Shown here: in pieces, positions 20,638-30,119 of the stretch
Layout of the letters: each line of letters opens with the position of its first letter
Position numbering within the stretch: the first letter of the stretch is position 1
Assembly (NCBI GenBank): GCA_963842445.1
Contig: CAWJHF010000003.1
Span: 143,342 to 207,341, forward strand
Direction of reading: 5' to 3'
From: an uncultured Verrucomicrobiae bacterium
GTDB taxonomy: Bacteria > Verrucomicrobiota > Verrucomicrobiia > Limisphaerales > UBA11358
Length of the DNA stretch: 64,000 nucleotides
Made by a program: the position numbers and the translations under genes
The notes under the pieces: generated by a model
The model's database searches: none
What the model was told of the DNA's origin: nothing
The model's input: only the letters and a program-made list of their open reading frames with translations

Positions 20638-21615
20638 TCATCCGCGCAATCTCCGCTTTTCCCGGTTCTCAAAAAACCTTCCCAATGCCGCCGAGTAAGC
20701 TTCACCCGTGTGGAGTTGAATGGTGTCAATGCCGGAAGACCGGAATTGCCGCGCCAGATCCTCATTCTGCTTTCGCTGGCGCAATGCAAATGCGTCGCGG
20801 CTGCCCGCGTCGCCGGTGTTGAGCTCCAAGATTTCGCCGGTCTCGGCATCCTCCAGGATCAAACGCCCAAGGGCCGGCAATTCGAGTTCATAGCGATCCG
20901 TGATTTGCACGGCCACGACGTCGTGGCGGCGATTGGCCATGCGCAAGGCGGTTTGAACCGCTTGCGGCAATACGCCGGTTTTGGACTGCGCGGGTGTGTC
21001 CGCGCTTTGTTTCAACGCGACCTGTCGCGTGGTTGAAATCGGGGACGCGTCACCGCACTCCAAAAAATCCGAAATGACGACCGCGATGGCCTTGTGCGGC
21101 AAAACGCGGCCCATGAATTCCAGCGCGTGGACCAAATCCGTTCCGCGCCGTTTCGGCTCGGAGAAAAGCACTTCGCGAATCACCCGCAACACGTGACCGC
21201 GGCCCTTGCGCGGCGGGATGAACTTTTCCACCTCGTCCGTGAACAGGAGCAGGCCGACCTTGTCGTTGTTGCGGATGGCGGAGAAGGCGAGCACGGAGGC
21301 GATCTCGGCGGCGAGTTCGCGTTTGGACTGGTCGCGCGAGCCGAATAGTCCCGATCCGCTCACGTCCACGACCAGCATCACCGTCAATTCGCGTTCCTCG
21401 ACGAATTTTTTAATGAACGGATGGTTCATACGCGCGGTGACGTTCCAGTCAATGGTGCGCACGTCGTCGCCGGGCTGGTATTCGCGCACCTCGTCGAAAT
21501 TCATCCCCTGCCCTTTGAAGACGGAATGGTACTGGCCCGCGAGCGTCTCGGTCACGAGCCGGTTCGTGCGCAACTCGATCTGCCGGATTTTTTTGAGAAT
21601 CTCGCGGGGAATCAT
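20638..21615 (-). CDS. DUF58 protein (MoxR-associated)
   Basis: FKGQGMNFDEVREYQPGDDVRTIDWNVTAR, EERE, DVSGS, ISDF. Confidence 0.92.
   Translation of the reverse strand: MIPREILKKIRQIELRTNRLVTETLAGQYHSVFKGQGMNFDEVREYQPGDDVRTIDWNVTARMNHPFIKKFVEERELTVMLVVDVSGSGLFGSRDQSKRELAAEIASVLAFSAIRNNDKVGLLLFTDEVEKFIPPRKGRGHVLRVIREVLFSEPKRRGTDLVHALEFMGRVLPHKAIAVVISDFLECGDASPISTTRQVALKQSADTPAQSKTGVLPQAVQTALRMANRRHDVVAVQITDRYELELPALGRLILEDAETGEILELNTGDAGSRDAFALRQRKQNEDLARQFRSSGIDTIQLHTGEAYSAALGRFFENREKRRLRG
20979..21065. repeat. Palindromic element in frame in the DUF58 gene
   Basis: TTTTGGACTGCG...CGCACTCCAAAA; adds ECGDASP..SADTPAQSK after ISDF. Confidence 0.7.
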
Positions 21616-21620
21616 GGGTG

Positions 21621-21648
21621 GCGTGATGCGTGATGCGTGATGCGTGAT
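21621..21648. repeat. Heptamer tandem repeat (GCGTGAT)x4
   Basis: Directly visible, just upstream of the DUF58 start codon. Confidence 0.9.
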
Positions 21649-21662
21649 GCGGAAAACCCTGC

Positions 21663-21690
21663 TTGCGCGGGCAAATCAACGGAGTAAATT
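21663..21690 (+). promoter_or_regulatory. Putative promoter for a leaderless TA transcript
   Basis: TTGCGC-16nt-TAAATT, ATG 6 nt downstream; resembles 8462-8499. Confidence 0.5.
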
Positions 21691-21696
21691 GTTGGC

Positions 21697-21924
21697 ATGA
21701 GTGCGACGGAAATTCTTGAAGAACTGCGTCGGATGCCGGAAGTGGAACGACGTGAACTCGTTGAAACCATTGAATTGGAATTTGGCGATTTCGACGATAA
21801 ACTCACACTGGAGCAAAAAACCGAACTCGATCGCCGTGCGGAAGAATTTCGCAAAAACCCGCGCGATGGAATTCCATTTGAACAAGTCCGCGAAGAGGCC
21901 CGCAAACGCTTCGGTTGGAAATGA
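21697..21924 (+). CDS. Addiction-module antitoxin (TIGR02574-like)
   Basis: L..ERRELVE.I...LT.EQK.ELDRR..E...NP..GIP.EQV signature. Confidence 0.88.
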   Translation: MSATEILEELRRMPEVERRELVETIELEFGDFDDKLTLEQKTELDRRAEEFRKNPRDGIPFEQVREEARKRFGWK

Positions 21925-22217
21925 AGCGGGTGTGGCTCAAATCGCCCGCCGACTTGGATTACCTTCAAGCGTTGGAATGGTATGAAGAACGGCGGCCAGG
22001 CTTGGGGCAGGAATTCGACGCCGAACTTCTGGCGCTGTTCGAGCGCATCAAACAAAACCCTGAACTTTTCCAGAAAGAAACCGCTGTTGTTTGCAAGGCG
22101 CGGATGCCGCATTTCAAATACCGGATTTACTTCACGGTTGAGGGTGATGAAATCGGTGTGCTTGCCATCTGGCATCCCAGCCGGAATCCCGAAGCGCTGC
22201 GCCGCCGGCTGAAATGA
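21921..22217 (+). CDS. RelE/ParE family toxin
   Basis: A.LD..A..WYEERRPGLGQEF, F.Y.IYF, VLAIWH.SR.P; ATGA overlap with antitoxin. Confidence 0.88.
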   Translation: MKRVWLKSPADLDYLQALEWYEERRPGLGQEFDAELLALFERIKQNPELFQKETAVVCKARMPHFKYRIYFTVEGDEIGVLAIWHPSRNPEALRRRLK

Positions 22218-22220
22218 AAA

Positions 22221-22301
22221 GCCCGCGAGCGTTTCGGTCACGATGCGGTTCGTACGAATCTCGATCTGCCGGATTTTTTTGAGAATCTCGCGGGGGATCA
22301 T
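22221..22301 (-). pseudogene. Orphan 5' copy (27 codons) of the DUF58 gene; frame stays open to 21612
   Basis: MIPREILKKIRQIEIRTNRIVTETLAG vs MIPREILKKIRQIELRTNRLVTETLAG at 21535-21615. Confidence 0.9.
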
Positions 22302-22310
22302 ACGGGATTT

Positions 22311-24344
22311 TTAATTTTTAATGCGCTGTACTTGCACGGCACTGATCAATAAATCGTCACCGCCGTTGAAAAATCGGAAATCGGAAAACTTATTTTCCGA
22401 ACCACCAAAACCGGCATCGTTCACAAAAAATTGAGCCAACTTCCATTGTCCTGAATTCATGCGGCGAACAGAATAGGGATAATGTTTGTATGCTCCGCCC
22501 AGCGGTTGTCGAATATCCGTTGAATCATAATCCAATCCAATATCACCGGAACCGGAATCAAAATATGCCAAGTCAATTTCCAATGTCTTGGCGGGTTCTG
22601 GACGAAATTCATCGGGAACTTTTAGATAAAAGTAATTCGATGACGAGCGTTTCGGCACAAGCCAGCAATGTCTGCCTTCGCGTTCCTCAATCGAGAATTG
22701 GCCGTCGTCTTGAAATACCGGTGTCAATCCTTGATCACTATTTGGCAGGCCAATGATCTTTTGCATATCCGTGTTGTAGTAAGCACGAATCGTCGCAAAC
22801 TCATCTTTGGGCAAAAGAAATACATACTGCCCTGGATAGGCCGCCTCAACCCGGTCTAACACCCGTTTGATTGCGGAATAACCATGGTCGCCTTGATAAA
22901 AACCGCCAACGATACAAGTAAATCCGCAGAATATTGGTTTATGAGGGTCTGGTTTTATCTTTACGATTTGATTGAATAAAGCCTCTTCATTGTCCGCGCC
23001 CCAAGTATCAACTTTTGGTGGAAAACCAGCTTTAATTCTCCAGCCTTCGCCGAACAATCCATCGAAACCACAAGTTGTCATGTATAGGCTGTATTTTGGA
23101 CTGGGATTCGGCGCAATCCAAATGCGGCCTGAATGAAATCCAGCATCTAAACACCAACGATGATTCAAATTACACCAAGCAGGGAAAAGTCTGTCGCTAA
23201 AATCTTGAATGAAAACATATTGAAATCCTGTTGGGCCGGCAACCAATTCGTCATTGGTTGTTATTTTTGAGTAATACCAGTCCAGCAATGGAGAATCTAA
23301 TTCCTGTAACGCAGGAGCGAGTGCCGTGGCGACTGGAACTTTTCCGCGCGCCGGGTCGTGCCAAAATTTATAGAGCGGATTTTGGTCGAATTCGAGATTG
23401 TCGCCGTCGCTCCACATGATGTGGGCATAGACTTTTCCTGCTTCAGCTTTAATCGCTTTACCCGGCGTCTGTGTGTAACTCTTGTTTGGAAAACTCGACC
23501 AAAAACTTCCATTCGCATATAGCACACTTACGACGTAACCAATGCCATGCGTATTGGCAACGATGTTGCCGGCATCACCAGTGTTTGCATATCCCATCAA
23601 TGAAGTGCCAACACCGTAACCGGGTGTTCTGAAAATTTTTTCAACCTCCGGCCGCTCTTTGTCGAAATCCAGCCAAAAAACAAACCCTTTGCTTGCTACT
23701 GCGTAATCCGTTATGGGGCTATCATGGTCGGGGGCCACAAAAACCACTTTCTTGGTGCAGTGGGGCATCAGATTTGCCAGAGCCCAATCATAAGCTTCAA
23801 TTCGATTTGACCATATATTTCGGAAATCTTCCACGTCTCCTTTCCAGCTGAATTCGGAAATCAATTCATCTTTAATCGGCTCTGTTACCGGAATTCCATC
23901 TTGCTGTGAACCGGACATCAAAGCCAAATACCAGGTCCAATCTTTTTCGGGATCGTAAATGAACATTTTCTTTACTTGCCCCTGATATTTCTGAAAAAGC
24001 GTTCTCAATCCGGCATTGGTTCCCGTCAGTCTCGGCAATTCTATGTAAGGCTTTCCACAGTCCTTCAGTGGATTCCAATCCCACGGATTATTAATGAGAT
24101 AAACTTCGGCGGATTTTTGATTGATCAACCCTTGCAATGCCCGAGCAGTCATCCATGCGTTTCCGCTGTCTTTGTTGATATTGACAACACAAGCGTTCGT
24201 TGCCGCCGGCATTTTGGGAAACATTCCACTCGCGGCTTGCGCTGTTAGTTGGAACAAGCACGGAGAGAAAAAGAAAATTGCCACAAATAAATTCCGGCAA
24301 CATTTCAACCTTCGCTGTATGCACTCGTTCAAAATCATTTTCAC
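22311..24344 (-). CDS. GxGYxYP-family putative glycoside hydrolase, secreted, with C-terminal beta-sandwich domain
   Basis: ALQGLIN, DYAVA, SDGDN, WYY..T.ND.LVAGPTGFQY; visibly AT-richer than flanks. Confidence 0.75.
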   Translation of the reverse strand: MKMILNECIQRRLKCCRNLFVAIFFFSPCLFQLTAQAASGMFPKMPAATNACVVNINKDSGNAWMTARALQGLINQKSAEVYLINNPWDWNPLKDCGKPYIELPRLTGTNAGLRTLFQKYQGQVKKMFIYDPEKDWTWYLALMSGSQQDGIPVTEPIKDELISEFSWKGDVEDFRNIWSNRIEAYDWALANLMPHCTKKVVFVAPDHDSPITDYAVASKGFVFWLDFDKERPEVEKIFRTPGYGVGTSLMGYANTGDAGNIVANTHGIGYVVSVLYANGSFWSSFPNKSYTQTPGKAIKAEAGKVYAHIMWSDGDNLEFDQNPLYKFWHDPARGKVPVATALAPALQELDSPLLDWYYSKITTNDELVAGPTGFQYVFIQDFSDRLFPAWCNLNHRWCLDAGFHSGRIWIAPNPSPKYSLYMTTCGFDGLFGEGWRIKAGFPPKVDTWGADNEEALFNQIVKIKPDPHKPIFCGFTCIVGGFYQGDHGYSAIKRVLDRVEAAYPGQYVFLLPKDEFATIRAYYNTDMQKIIGLPNSDQGLTPVFQDDGQFSIEEREGRHCWLVPKRSSSNYFYLKVPDEFRPEPAKTLEIDLAYFDSGSGDIGLDYDSTDIRQPLGGAYKHYPYSVRRMNSGQWKLAQFFVNDAGFGGSENKFSDFRFFNGGDDLLISAVQVQRIKN

Positions 24345-25330
24345 GGCACCGGCAGTTCATCGAAAATCTTCTGGATGACCGTTTCGCTGGTTTTTTCCTC
24401 GGCTTCGGCTTCGTAGGTGATGGCCACGCGGTGGCGGAGCACATCCATGCCGATGCTTTTCACGTCCTGCGGCGTAACGTAGCCGCGGCCTTTGAGGAAC
24501 GCATACGCCTTGGCGGCGAGCGTCAGGTTGATGGTCGCGCGCGGCGATGCGCCGAGCTGGATGAAGTCCTTCACGGCTATCTTGTAGTGGTCCGGGTCGC
24601 GCGTGGCGCAGACGAGATCCACAATGTATTCCTTCACCTTGTCGTCCACGTAAATGTCGTTGATGACTTCGCGGGCTTTGAGGATTTGCTTCGCCTCGAC
24701 GACCGCGCTGGCGGTGGGCGTGCCGGACGTGCGGGCCATGAGGTCGAGGATCTGCCGTTCCTCGGCGCGGGAGGGGTAACCGATTTTCAATTTCAACATG
24801 AAGCGGTCCACCTGCGCTTCGGGCAACGGGTAGGTACCTTCCTGTTCGATGGGATTTTGCGTGGCCAGCACCAGGAACGGTTCCTCGAGCTTGAAGGTTT
24901 GCTCGCCGATGGTGACCTGTTTTTCCTGCATGGCTTCGAGCAACGCGCTTTGCACCTTGGCCGGCGCGCGATTGATTTCGTCGGCGAGGATGAGATTGGC
25001 GAAAATTGGCCCTTTGCGCGTGCTGAAACTGCCGGATTGCGGGTTGTAAATCTGTGTGCCGATGACGTCGGCGGGCAGCATGTCCGGCGTGAATTGCAGG
25101 CGCGAGAATTTGACGTGGATGCAATTCGCCAGTGATTTGACGGCCAGTGTCTTGGCCAGGCCGGGCACGCCTTCGAGGAGAACATGGCCGTTGGCAAGCA
25201 AGCCGATGACAAGCCGCTCGGTCAGATAGGTCTGGCCGACAATGACTTTGCCAAGCTCGGTGAATAGTGGATGAGTAAATGCGCTTGCTTCTTTTACCGC
25301 GTCGTTGATTGCAGAGATTCCCGTGTTCAT
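24341..25330 (-). CDS. moxR: MoxR family AAA+ ATPase
   Basis: LLEGVPGLAKT, QFTPDMLPAD, ADEINRA, ATQNPIEQEGTYPLPEAQ.DRF. Confidence 0.95.
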   Translation of the reverse strand: MNTGISAINDAVKEASAFTHPLFTELGKVIVGQTYLTERLVIGLLANGHVLLEGVPGLAKTLAVKSLANCIHVKFSRLQFTPDMLPADVIGTQIYNPQSGSFSTRKGPIFANLILADEINRAPAKVQSALLEAMQEKQVTIGEQTFKLEEPFLVLATQNPIEQEGTYPLPEAQVDRFMLKLKIGYPSRAEERQILDLMARTSGTPTASAVVEAKQILKAREVINDIYVDDKVKEYIVDLVCATRDPDHYKIAVKDFIQLGASPRATINLTLAAKAYAFLKGRGYVTPQDVKSIGMDVLRHRVAITYEAEAEEKTSETVIQKIFDELPVP

Positions 25331-25391
25331 TTTTGTTGATTATTTTTTCGATGGACAAAAAAACCGTGGCTGCGTTCAAGCAAAATTTATG

Positions 25392-26246
25392 TCACGCGCC
25401 AGGCAGAATCTCAACCTGCTTCACCGCCAGCCAGCCGATTTTCCCGGAACCGTCGGCAACCTGCACCCAGTCGCCGTGCCGGTCCATGATCGCGAGTTCC
25501 GCGCCATCACGCGTGATGAAAGCGCTTTGCGCCTCACCAAACGGCCCACTGCGCGCCGTCACTTCCATTAAAACCACCACAGCGGTCTGCCTGGAAAAAT
25601 GTTCTGCCGCCTGCAAGCCCAGCGCCGCGCCGAATAGAACGGTCAGAACTGCGAAAAGGGATGTTGCGCTCTTCAATTTCGCACCGGACGCAGGGCGGAT
25701 CTGTCGCGCTGCGTGCAAAATAAACGTCAGCCAAAACGCACCCGCCGCCAGCATCGTCCATTCGTTAAGCGTCAACTGGCCGAGCCATCCTTGCCAGCGG
25801 CTTTCGCGAATTGTCGAGCCTTGAACCTGGTTGCGGACGAATTGCAGGTTGGCGCGGATTTCCGCGTCACGCGGTGCCAGGAGCGCAGCCTGGCGATAAG
25901 AGGCAATGGCCTTGCCGAGATTGCCCGCTTTGAATTCCGCGTTGCCACAGTTAAACAGCAGTGCCGGTGACTGCGCGCCGGTTTGCAAGATTTTTTCGTA
26001 GGCGCCCGCCGCCTCGGCAAATTTTCCCTCGGCGTAAAGTTTGTTCGCCGCCGAAAAATCTACGGCAACACCTGCCGCGAGAATGTTCCCGGCGGAAATC
26101 AGCAGGAACAGCAAACTCAAACCCCAGTAGGAACCGGGGTAACGAGGCTCAAACTTAAATTGGAAATCAGAAATTGGAAATTGGGAATAAATCAGAGACT
26201 CCTTACGTCGTCTCCCACAAAGGTAAAATGAAAACCTCGTTTTCAT
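25392..26246 (-). CDS. batE: BatE-like TPR + SH3 protein
   Basis: AN.LY..G.F..A...Y, N.GNA TPR, two TM, W.QV....K.GW; a REP element occupies the N-terminus. Confidence 0.8.
   Translation of the reverse strand: MKTRFSFYLCGRRRKESLIYSQFPISDFQFKFEPRYPGSYWGLSLLFLLISAGNILAAGVAVDFSAANKLYAEGKFAEAAGAYEKILQTGAQSPALLFNCGNAEFKAGNLGKAIASYRQAALLAPRDAEIRANLQFVRNQVQGSTIRESRWQGWLGQLTLNEWTMLAAGAFWLTFILHAARQIRPASGAKLKSATSLFAVLTVLFGAALGLQAAEHFSRQTAVVVLMEVTARSGPFGEAQSAFITRDGAELAIMDRHGDWVQVADGSGKIGWLAVKQVEILPGA
26127..26218. repeat. REP-like doublet with internal AAATTGG heptamers, inside the batE 5' coding region
   Basis: GTAGGAACCGGGGTAACGAGGCTC...GAGACTCCTTACGTCGTCTCCCAC. Confidence 0.75.
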
Positions 26247-28174
26247 GCCTTTAACTTCTGGAGTTCACCGACGACATTTTCAAATTGCGCGGCGACCGAG
26301 TTCAATTCGCTGCTGCCGCGTACCGGCGCGTAGCGCGCCTGGTTGCAAAGCTGGAACAACTCACGCAATCCGTTCAGTAGATTTTCCGAAGCGCCCCGCA
26401 GCGCGGGATGTTCATCAATCAAATTTTCCGTGATTGACGACGCCGGACAATCGAGCCGTTCGCCAAGCTGTTCCTGCAACAGCCGGAACAGCATGGCAAA
26501 AAATTCGTCCGGCTTGTTCTCCGCCGCGCATTTTTTCAAATCGTCCATCCCACTGGCGATAAGCTGGGCGACAGCACGTTGTCGCCGCAGGCGCGGGTTG
26601 TTGGCCAGACTGTCCGCGCGTTTGCGCCACACCAACGCCGCCAGAAATCCGAGCACCGGCAATCCCTGCAGCGCGAGAAATACCGGCCGGATCACAAGCG
26701 GAGGGCCGGCCGCCACCAGCGCGCCCATTTCCTCCTTGATGGGCATAATGTCCTGCGGCGAAGAAGGATTTTGCGCGCCGCCGGCCCTGACCGCTGCGCT
26801 CGCGGGCACGGTGGCCTTTCCGGCCGAACGGACCGCGAGCGGCACGGAGGGCTGTGTAAGCGTGCGGTAATTCCCGTCGTCAGGATCGAAAAATGAAAAG
26901 GACAATTGCGGCAATTGATGGACGTCCGTGCTTTGCGGTGTGACGATTTCCTCGAACGTTTTTGTCCCTTCGATGCCAAGCTGGTCGCTGTTTTCGATTT
27001 TCGACGTGGGCGGAAAGAGTTTGAAACCGTTCCAGCCCGACTGATCGGGCAATTTTAACACGCCGAAATCGCCGCGACCAGCGATTTGGATATGCACGGT
27101 GATGGGGTCGCCCACGGCAACGTTCGTCGGCCCGGCGGTGGTGGTCATCGTGTAATGGCCGACCGCGCCATTGAAATCCGCCGGCCTGCCTTCCGCCGGC
27201 AGCGGCAGCGAGTCCACACCCAGCGTGTCGGTGGCGACTGAAATCGGTCTTTGGACGTTGCGGCGGAACATTCCAAACGGGTCGAAAAATGGGTCAGACT
27301 GGCGATCATTCGACGGAACAAGCAGGACCATGGTGACGGTGACGGGGCCGATGTGCAACGTGCCGGCTTTGGTTGCGGTCAAAGCGAGTTTGGCCGGGAT
27401 GACGTTGTAAATGGCGTCGCCGATTTGCACGAGACTTTGATTGTCGCCGGCGATCTTTCCGACGGAAAATCCGTCCGCCGGCACGCCGGTGATTTGCGGC
27501 TGCCTTGCCAATTGCGTGTCCTGCCGGTAAAAAAGTTGGAGGTCGGCGGTGATGGTCTCGCCCGCATAAACTTCCCGCTTGGGCAGGGCCAGTCTTGCGA
27601 AGGCAATCTGCGAATCGGCGTTGGCCCCGGCCGGCTGCGGCGCACCGGGTTTGGTGACCGTCAATTTCAACGGCTGGCTGGTCAACGTCTGTCCACCCAC
27701 ATTCGCCGTCAGCGCCGGGATGATGAATTGGCCCGCCTGCGTGGGCGTGACCACGTAATTGAACGAGTCATAACTGGTGCGGTTCCCGTTGATGTTGACG
27801 TCTATATGCGCCGGCCCGCCGACCAGCACGAGTTGAAGATTCGACACGGTCATGGACGAGGGCAGTTGTTCCGGCGAGCCGCCTTCAAATTTCAATAATA
27901 GCGTCGCGGTCTCGCCCAGCACGATGGTATCGCGATCCAAAGAGGCGGTAAAGCTCGTCGCCCGGGCAGTGATCACACCGAAACCCAGCGCGCCCAGAAA
28001 CAAAAGAACGGCAAGGCAAAATGGAATCACTCTCCGGTTGCACACCCGGAAAAAGCATTTTGCCGAAGGCGGATCCCCGCGGGCCGCAAGGGGAAAACCC
28101 AACGACTCGCTTTCATTCTCAGTTTGTTTTTGGCCATTATCCATCCACTCAACAAAAAGACATCGTCCACGCAA
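26243..28174 (-). CDS. batD: BatD family protein (start uncertain)
   Basis: ASLDR..I.LGE, G.F.IPA, YAGE, F.GAVG.Y, TM, QARYAP. Confidence 0.85.
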   Translation of the reverse strand: MRGRCLFVEWMDNGQKQTENESESLGFPLAARGDPPSAKCFFRVCNRRVIPFCLAVLLFLGALGFGVITARATSFTASLDRDTIVLGETATLLLKFEGGSPEQLPSSMTVSNLQLVLVGGPAHIDVNINGNRTSYDSFNYVVTPTQAGQFIIPALTANVGGQTLTSQPLKLTVTKPGAPQPAGANADSQIAFARLALPKREVYAGETITADLQLFYRQDTQLARQPQITGVPADGFSVGKIAGDNQSLVQIGDAIYNVIPAKLALTATKAGTLHIGPVTVTMVLLVPSNDRQSDPFFDPFGMFRRNVQRPISVATDTLGVDSLPLPAEGRPADFNGAVGHYTMTTTAGPTNVAVGDPITVHIQIAGRGDFGVLKLPDQSGWNGFKLFPPTSKIENSDQLGIEGTKTFEEIVTPQSTDVHQLPQLSFSFFDPDDGNYRTLTQPSVPLAVRSAGKATVPASAAVRAGGAQNPSSPQDIMPIKEEMGALVAAGPPLVIRPVFLALQGLPVLGFLAALVWRKRADSLANNPRLRRQRAVAQLIASGMDDLKKCAAENKPDEFFAMLFRLLQEQLGERLDCPASSITENLIDEHPALRGASENLLNGLRELFQLCNQARYAPVRGSSELNSVAAQFENVVGELQKLKA

Positions 28175-28273
28175 AAATGTTCATGCTTCCTGAACGTGAC
28201 TATTCTGGCGGTTATTTCTCGCTGGCGGTTGCCGTGCTCTTTGTGCAATCCCGTGTTGTTGAAGCGCGGGATA

Positions 28274-28349
<76 letters not shown>

Positions 28350-28443
28350 ATAACTATTGCAAACATTGACGTTTTTTAGCTTTTTAAAATCTTCTATTTT
28401 CCTGTTGCATCCTGTTTTTGCATCCCGTATATTGTTTTCAGCT

Positions 28444-29700
28444 ATGAGAACACTATCCGAAACTGCAACGGCAGGCGCACAAAGCCAGCTTACTAACCCG
28501 CTGCCCCGTTCAACCAAGAAATCAACCTGGTGGAAGCGAGGCGAGCACTTAGTCCAGCATACGCCAACAGGGACATTTTACTGCCGTCTAAAAGTCAAAG
28601 GCAAGACGATTCGTGCCAGTCTCAATACGGATGTTTTCACTACGGCGCGGCTTCGGTTGCCGGACAAAATCAAAATTCTTCGCAAGCCAAAGGCGGAAAC
28701 CGGCACGTTCGGCGATGGGCGGCTCAAATATGAGACGGAATCGCGCAACGGTTACACGTCGAAGAAAAACCGTTTCGTGAAACTCGCGCCTTTGAGCATT
28801 GCCTACCGCTTGCGCTGTCTCGAATGTCTCCGGCGTTCGTTGGTCGAAACGCTGATTCATCCGGGCAAGACGTGGAAATCATTGAGCGAACAAGCCCGGC
28901 ACGATGCGTTTGCCAAGCTGGACGCGATCAACGCCCGCGCCTTCACCCAAGAACATTGTGAGGCGTGGCAGTCCCGCTTCTCGGATTATGCGCCGTCAGT
29001 CTTTAACAACACGGTGAATACGTTTCGCCGCGTTCTCGAATTGGCCGGACTGCCGCATGATGAAAACCCGGCTTTCAAAATCGGGCGCAGAGACATTCTC
29101 GAAAAACCGATACGGCTTCCGCGTCCTGAACAGTTTGACCGTATCATTCAACTTGTCGAAACGTCCGGCGCGGCACAGGCGCGGGATTGTGCCGACTTAA
29201 TCCGGTTTCTCGCGTTCACCGGCACACGAATCAGCGAGGCAAAACGCGCAGTCTGGTCTGACGTGGACTGGCAGGAAAACACGCTTCAAATCCACAGTGT
29301 CAAAGTCAGAGGCGCGCATGACGGCGAAGTGACGCGCGTAATTCCGTTGAATCCGGCGTTAAAGCAGTTGCTTGAACGGCTGCGGCAGGAACAAAAATCG
29401 AAACCCACAGATCGCATTTGCGGAGTTTCCGAATGTCAGCGGAGCCTTGACCGGGCTTGCAAATTGACAGGATGCAAACGCATCACGCATCACGATCTGC
29501 GGCATTATTTCGTGACCAAATGCCTTCAAGCTGGTGTTGACGTGTTCACGCTGGCGAAATGGGTTGGACACCGAGACAACGGCAAGCTACTGCTAAAGGT
29601 ATATTCTCACCTACAGGCCGAGCACTCGCAAGAGCAGGCCGCCAAAGTGAAGTTCGGCGCGGCTCCGCTGTCAGGCTTGCGCCAACCTCTTTTGAATTAG
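28444..29700 (+). CDS. Tyrosine recombinase / phage-type integrase
   Basis: TGTRISEA, HDLRH, WVGH, Y(VYSH) catalytic residues; N-terminal arm-like region; next to tRNA-Phe. Confidence 0.9.
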   Translation: MRTLSETATAGAQSQLTNPLPRSTKKSTWWKRGEHLVQHTPTGTFYCRLKVKGKTIRASLNTDVFTTARLRLPDKIKILRKPKAETGTFGDGRLKYETESRNGYTSKKNRFVKLAPLSIAYRLRCLECLRRSLVETLIHPGKTWKSLSEQARHDAFAKLDAINARAFTQEHCEAWQSRFSDYAPSVFNNTVNTFRRVLELAGLPHDENPAFKIGRRDILEKPIRLPRPEQFDRIIQLVETSGAAQARDCADLIRFLAFTGTRISEAKRAVWSDVDWQENTLQIHSVKVRGAHDGEVTRVIPLNPALKQLLERLRQEQKSKPTDRICGVSECQRSLDRACKLTGCKRITHHDLRHYFVTKCLQAGVDVFTLAKWVGHRDNGKLLLKVYSHLQAEHSQEQAAKVKFGAAPLSGLRQPLLN

Positions 29701-30117
29701 CGATGACACCCTTGCGGAATTCTTCAACTGGCATTCCCAAAAACGGAGGACCGACCAACCTTTTTCTCGCAATTGCCGTCTCACTCGCAAATCCCGTTTG
29801 CGGTTAAGTTCAATTTTAAGACGCCAATAGGGAACGTTTGAAGCAGGGGAGCTATAACACCTCGGGCAACCGTGCCAGAAGCATCCGTCAACGAAGACTG
29901 CGAGTCTCTGTTTCGGAAACAAAAAATCAGGCTTACCCGGCAACGTAGCTTCGTGCATTTTCCATCCAGCTACTGAGGCTCTGACGAGTATGCCGCGAAG
30001 TTTTGCCTCAGTCGTCTTATTGCCTCGTCCTCGAATCGCGCTCATTGTGCGTGAGCGGCGTTGCGGAACATTCTTGAACCCGCCGCCGCGCAGAAGGCTT
30101 TTCAATTTCGATTCCAA
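29671..30117 (-). CDS. vsr: Very-short-patch repair endonuclease Vsr
   Basis: RS.TMSAIR, LPGKPD, VFVDGCFWHGCP, N..RD, GWSVLRFWEC. Confidence 0.92.
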   Translation of the reverse strand: MESKLKSLLRGGGFKNVPQRRSRTMSAIRGRGNKTTEAKLRGILVRASVAGWKMHEATLPGKPDFLFPKQRLAVFVDGCFWHGCPRCYSSPASNVPYWRLKIELNRKRDLRVRRQLREKGWSVLRFWECQLKNSARVSSLIQKRLAQA

Positions 30118-30119
30118 CC

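Noticed and set aside
24200-25379. Long alternative-frame ORFs over moxR (and similar ones over glnE, aceE, SDR, fumarase, IS)
   Set aside because: Typical GC-rich shadow ORFs with no motifs, overlapping well-supported genes
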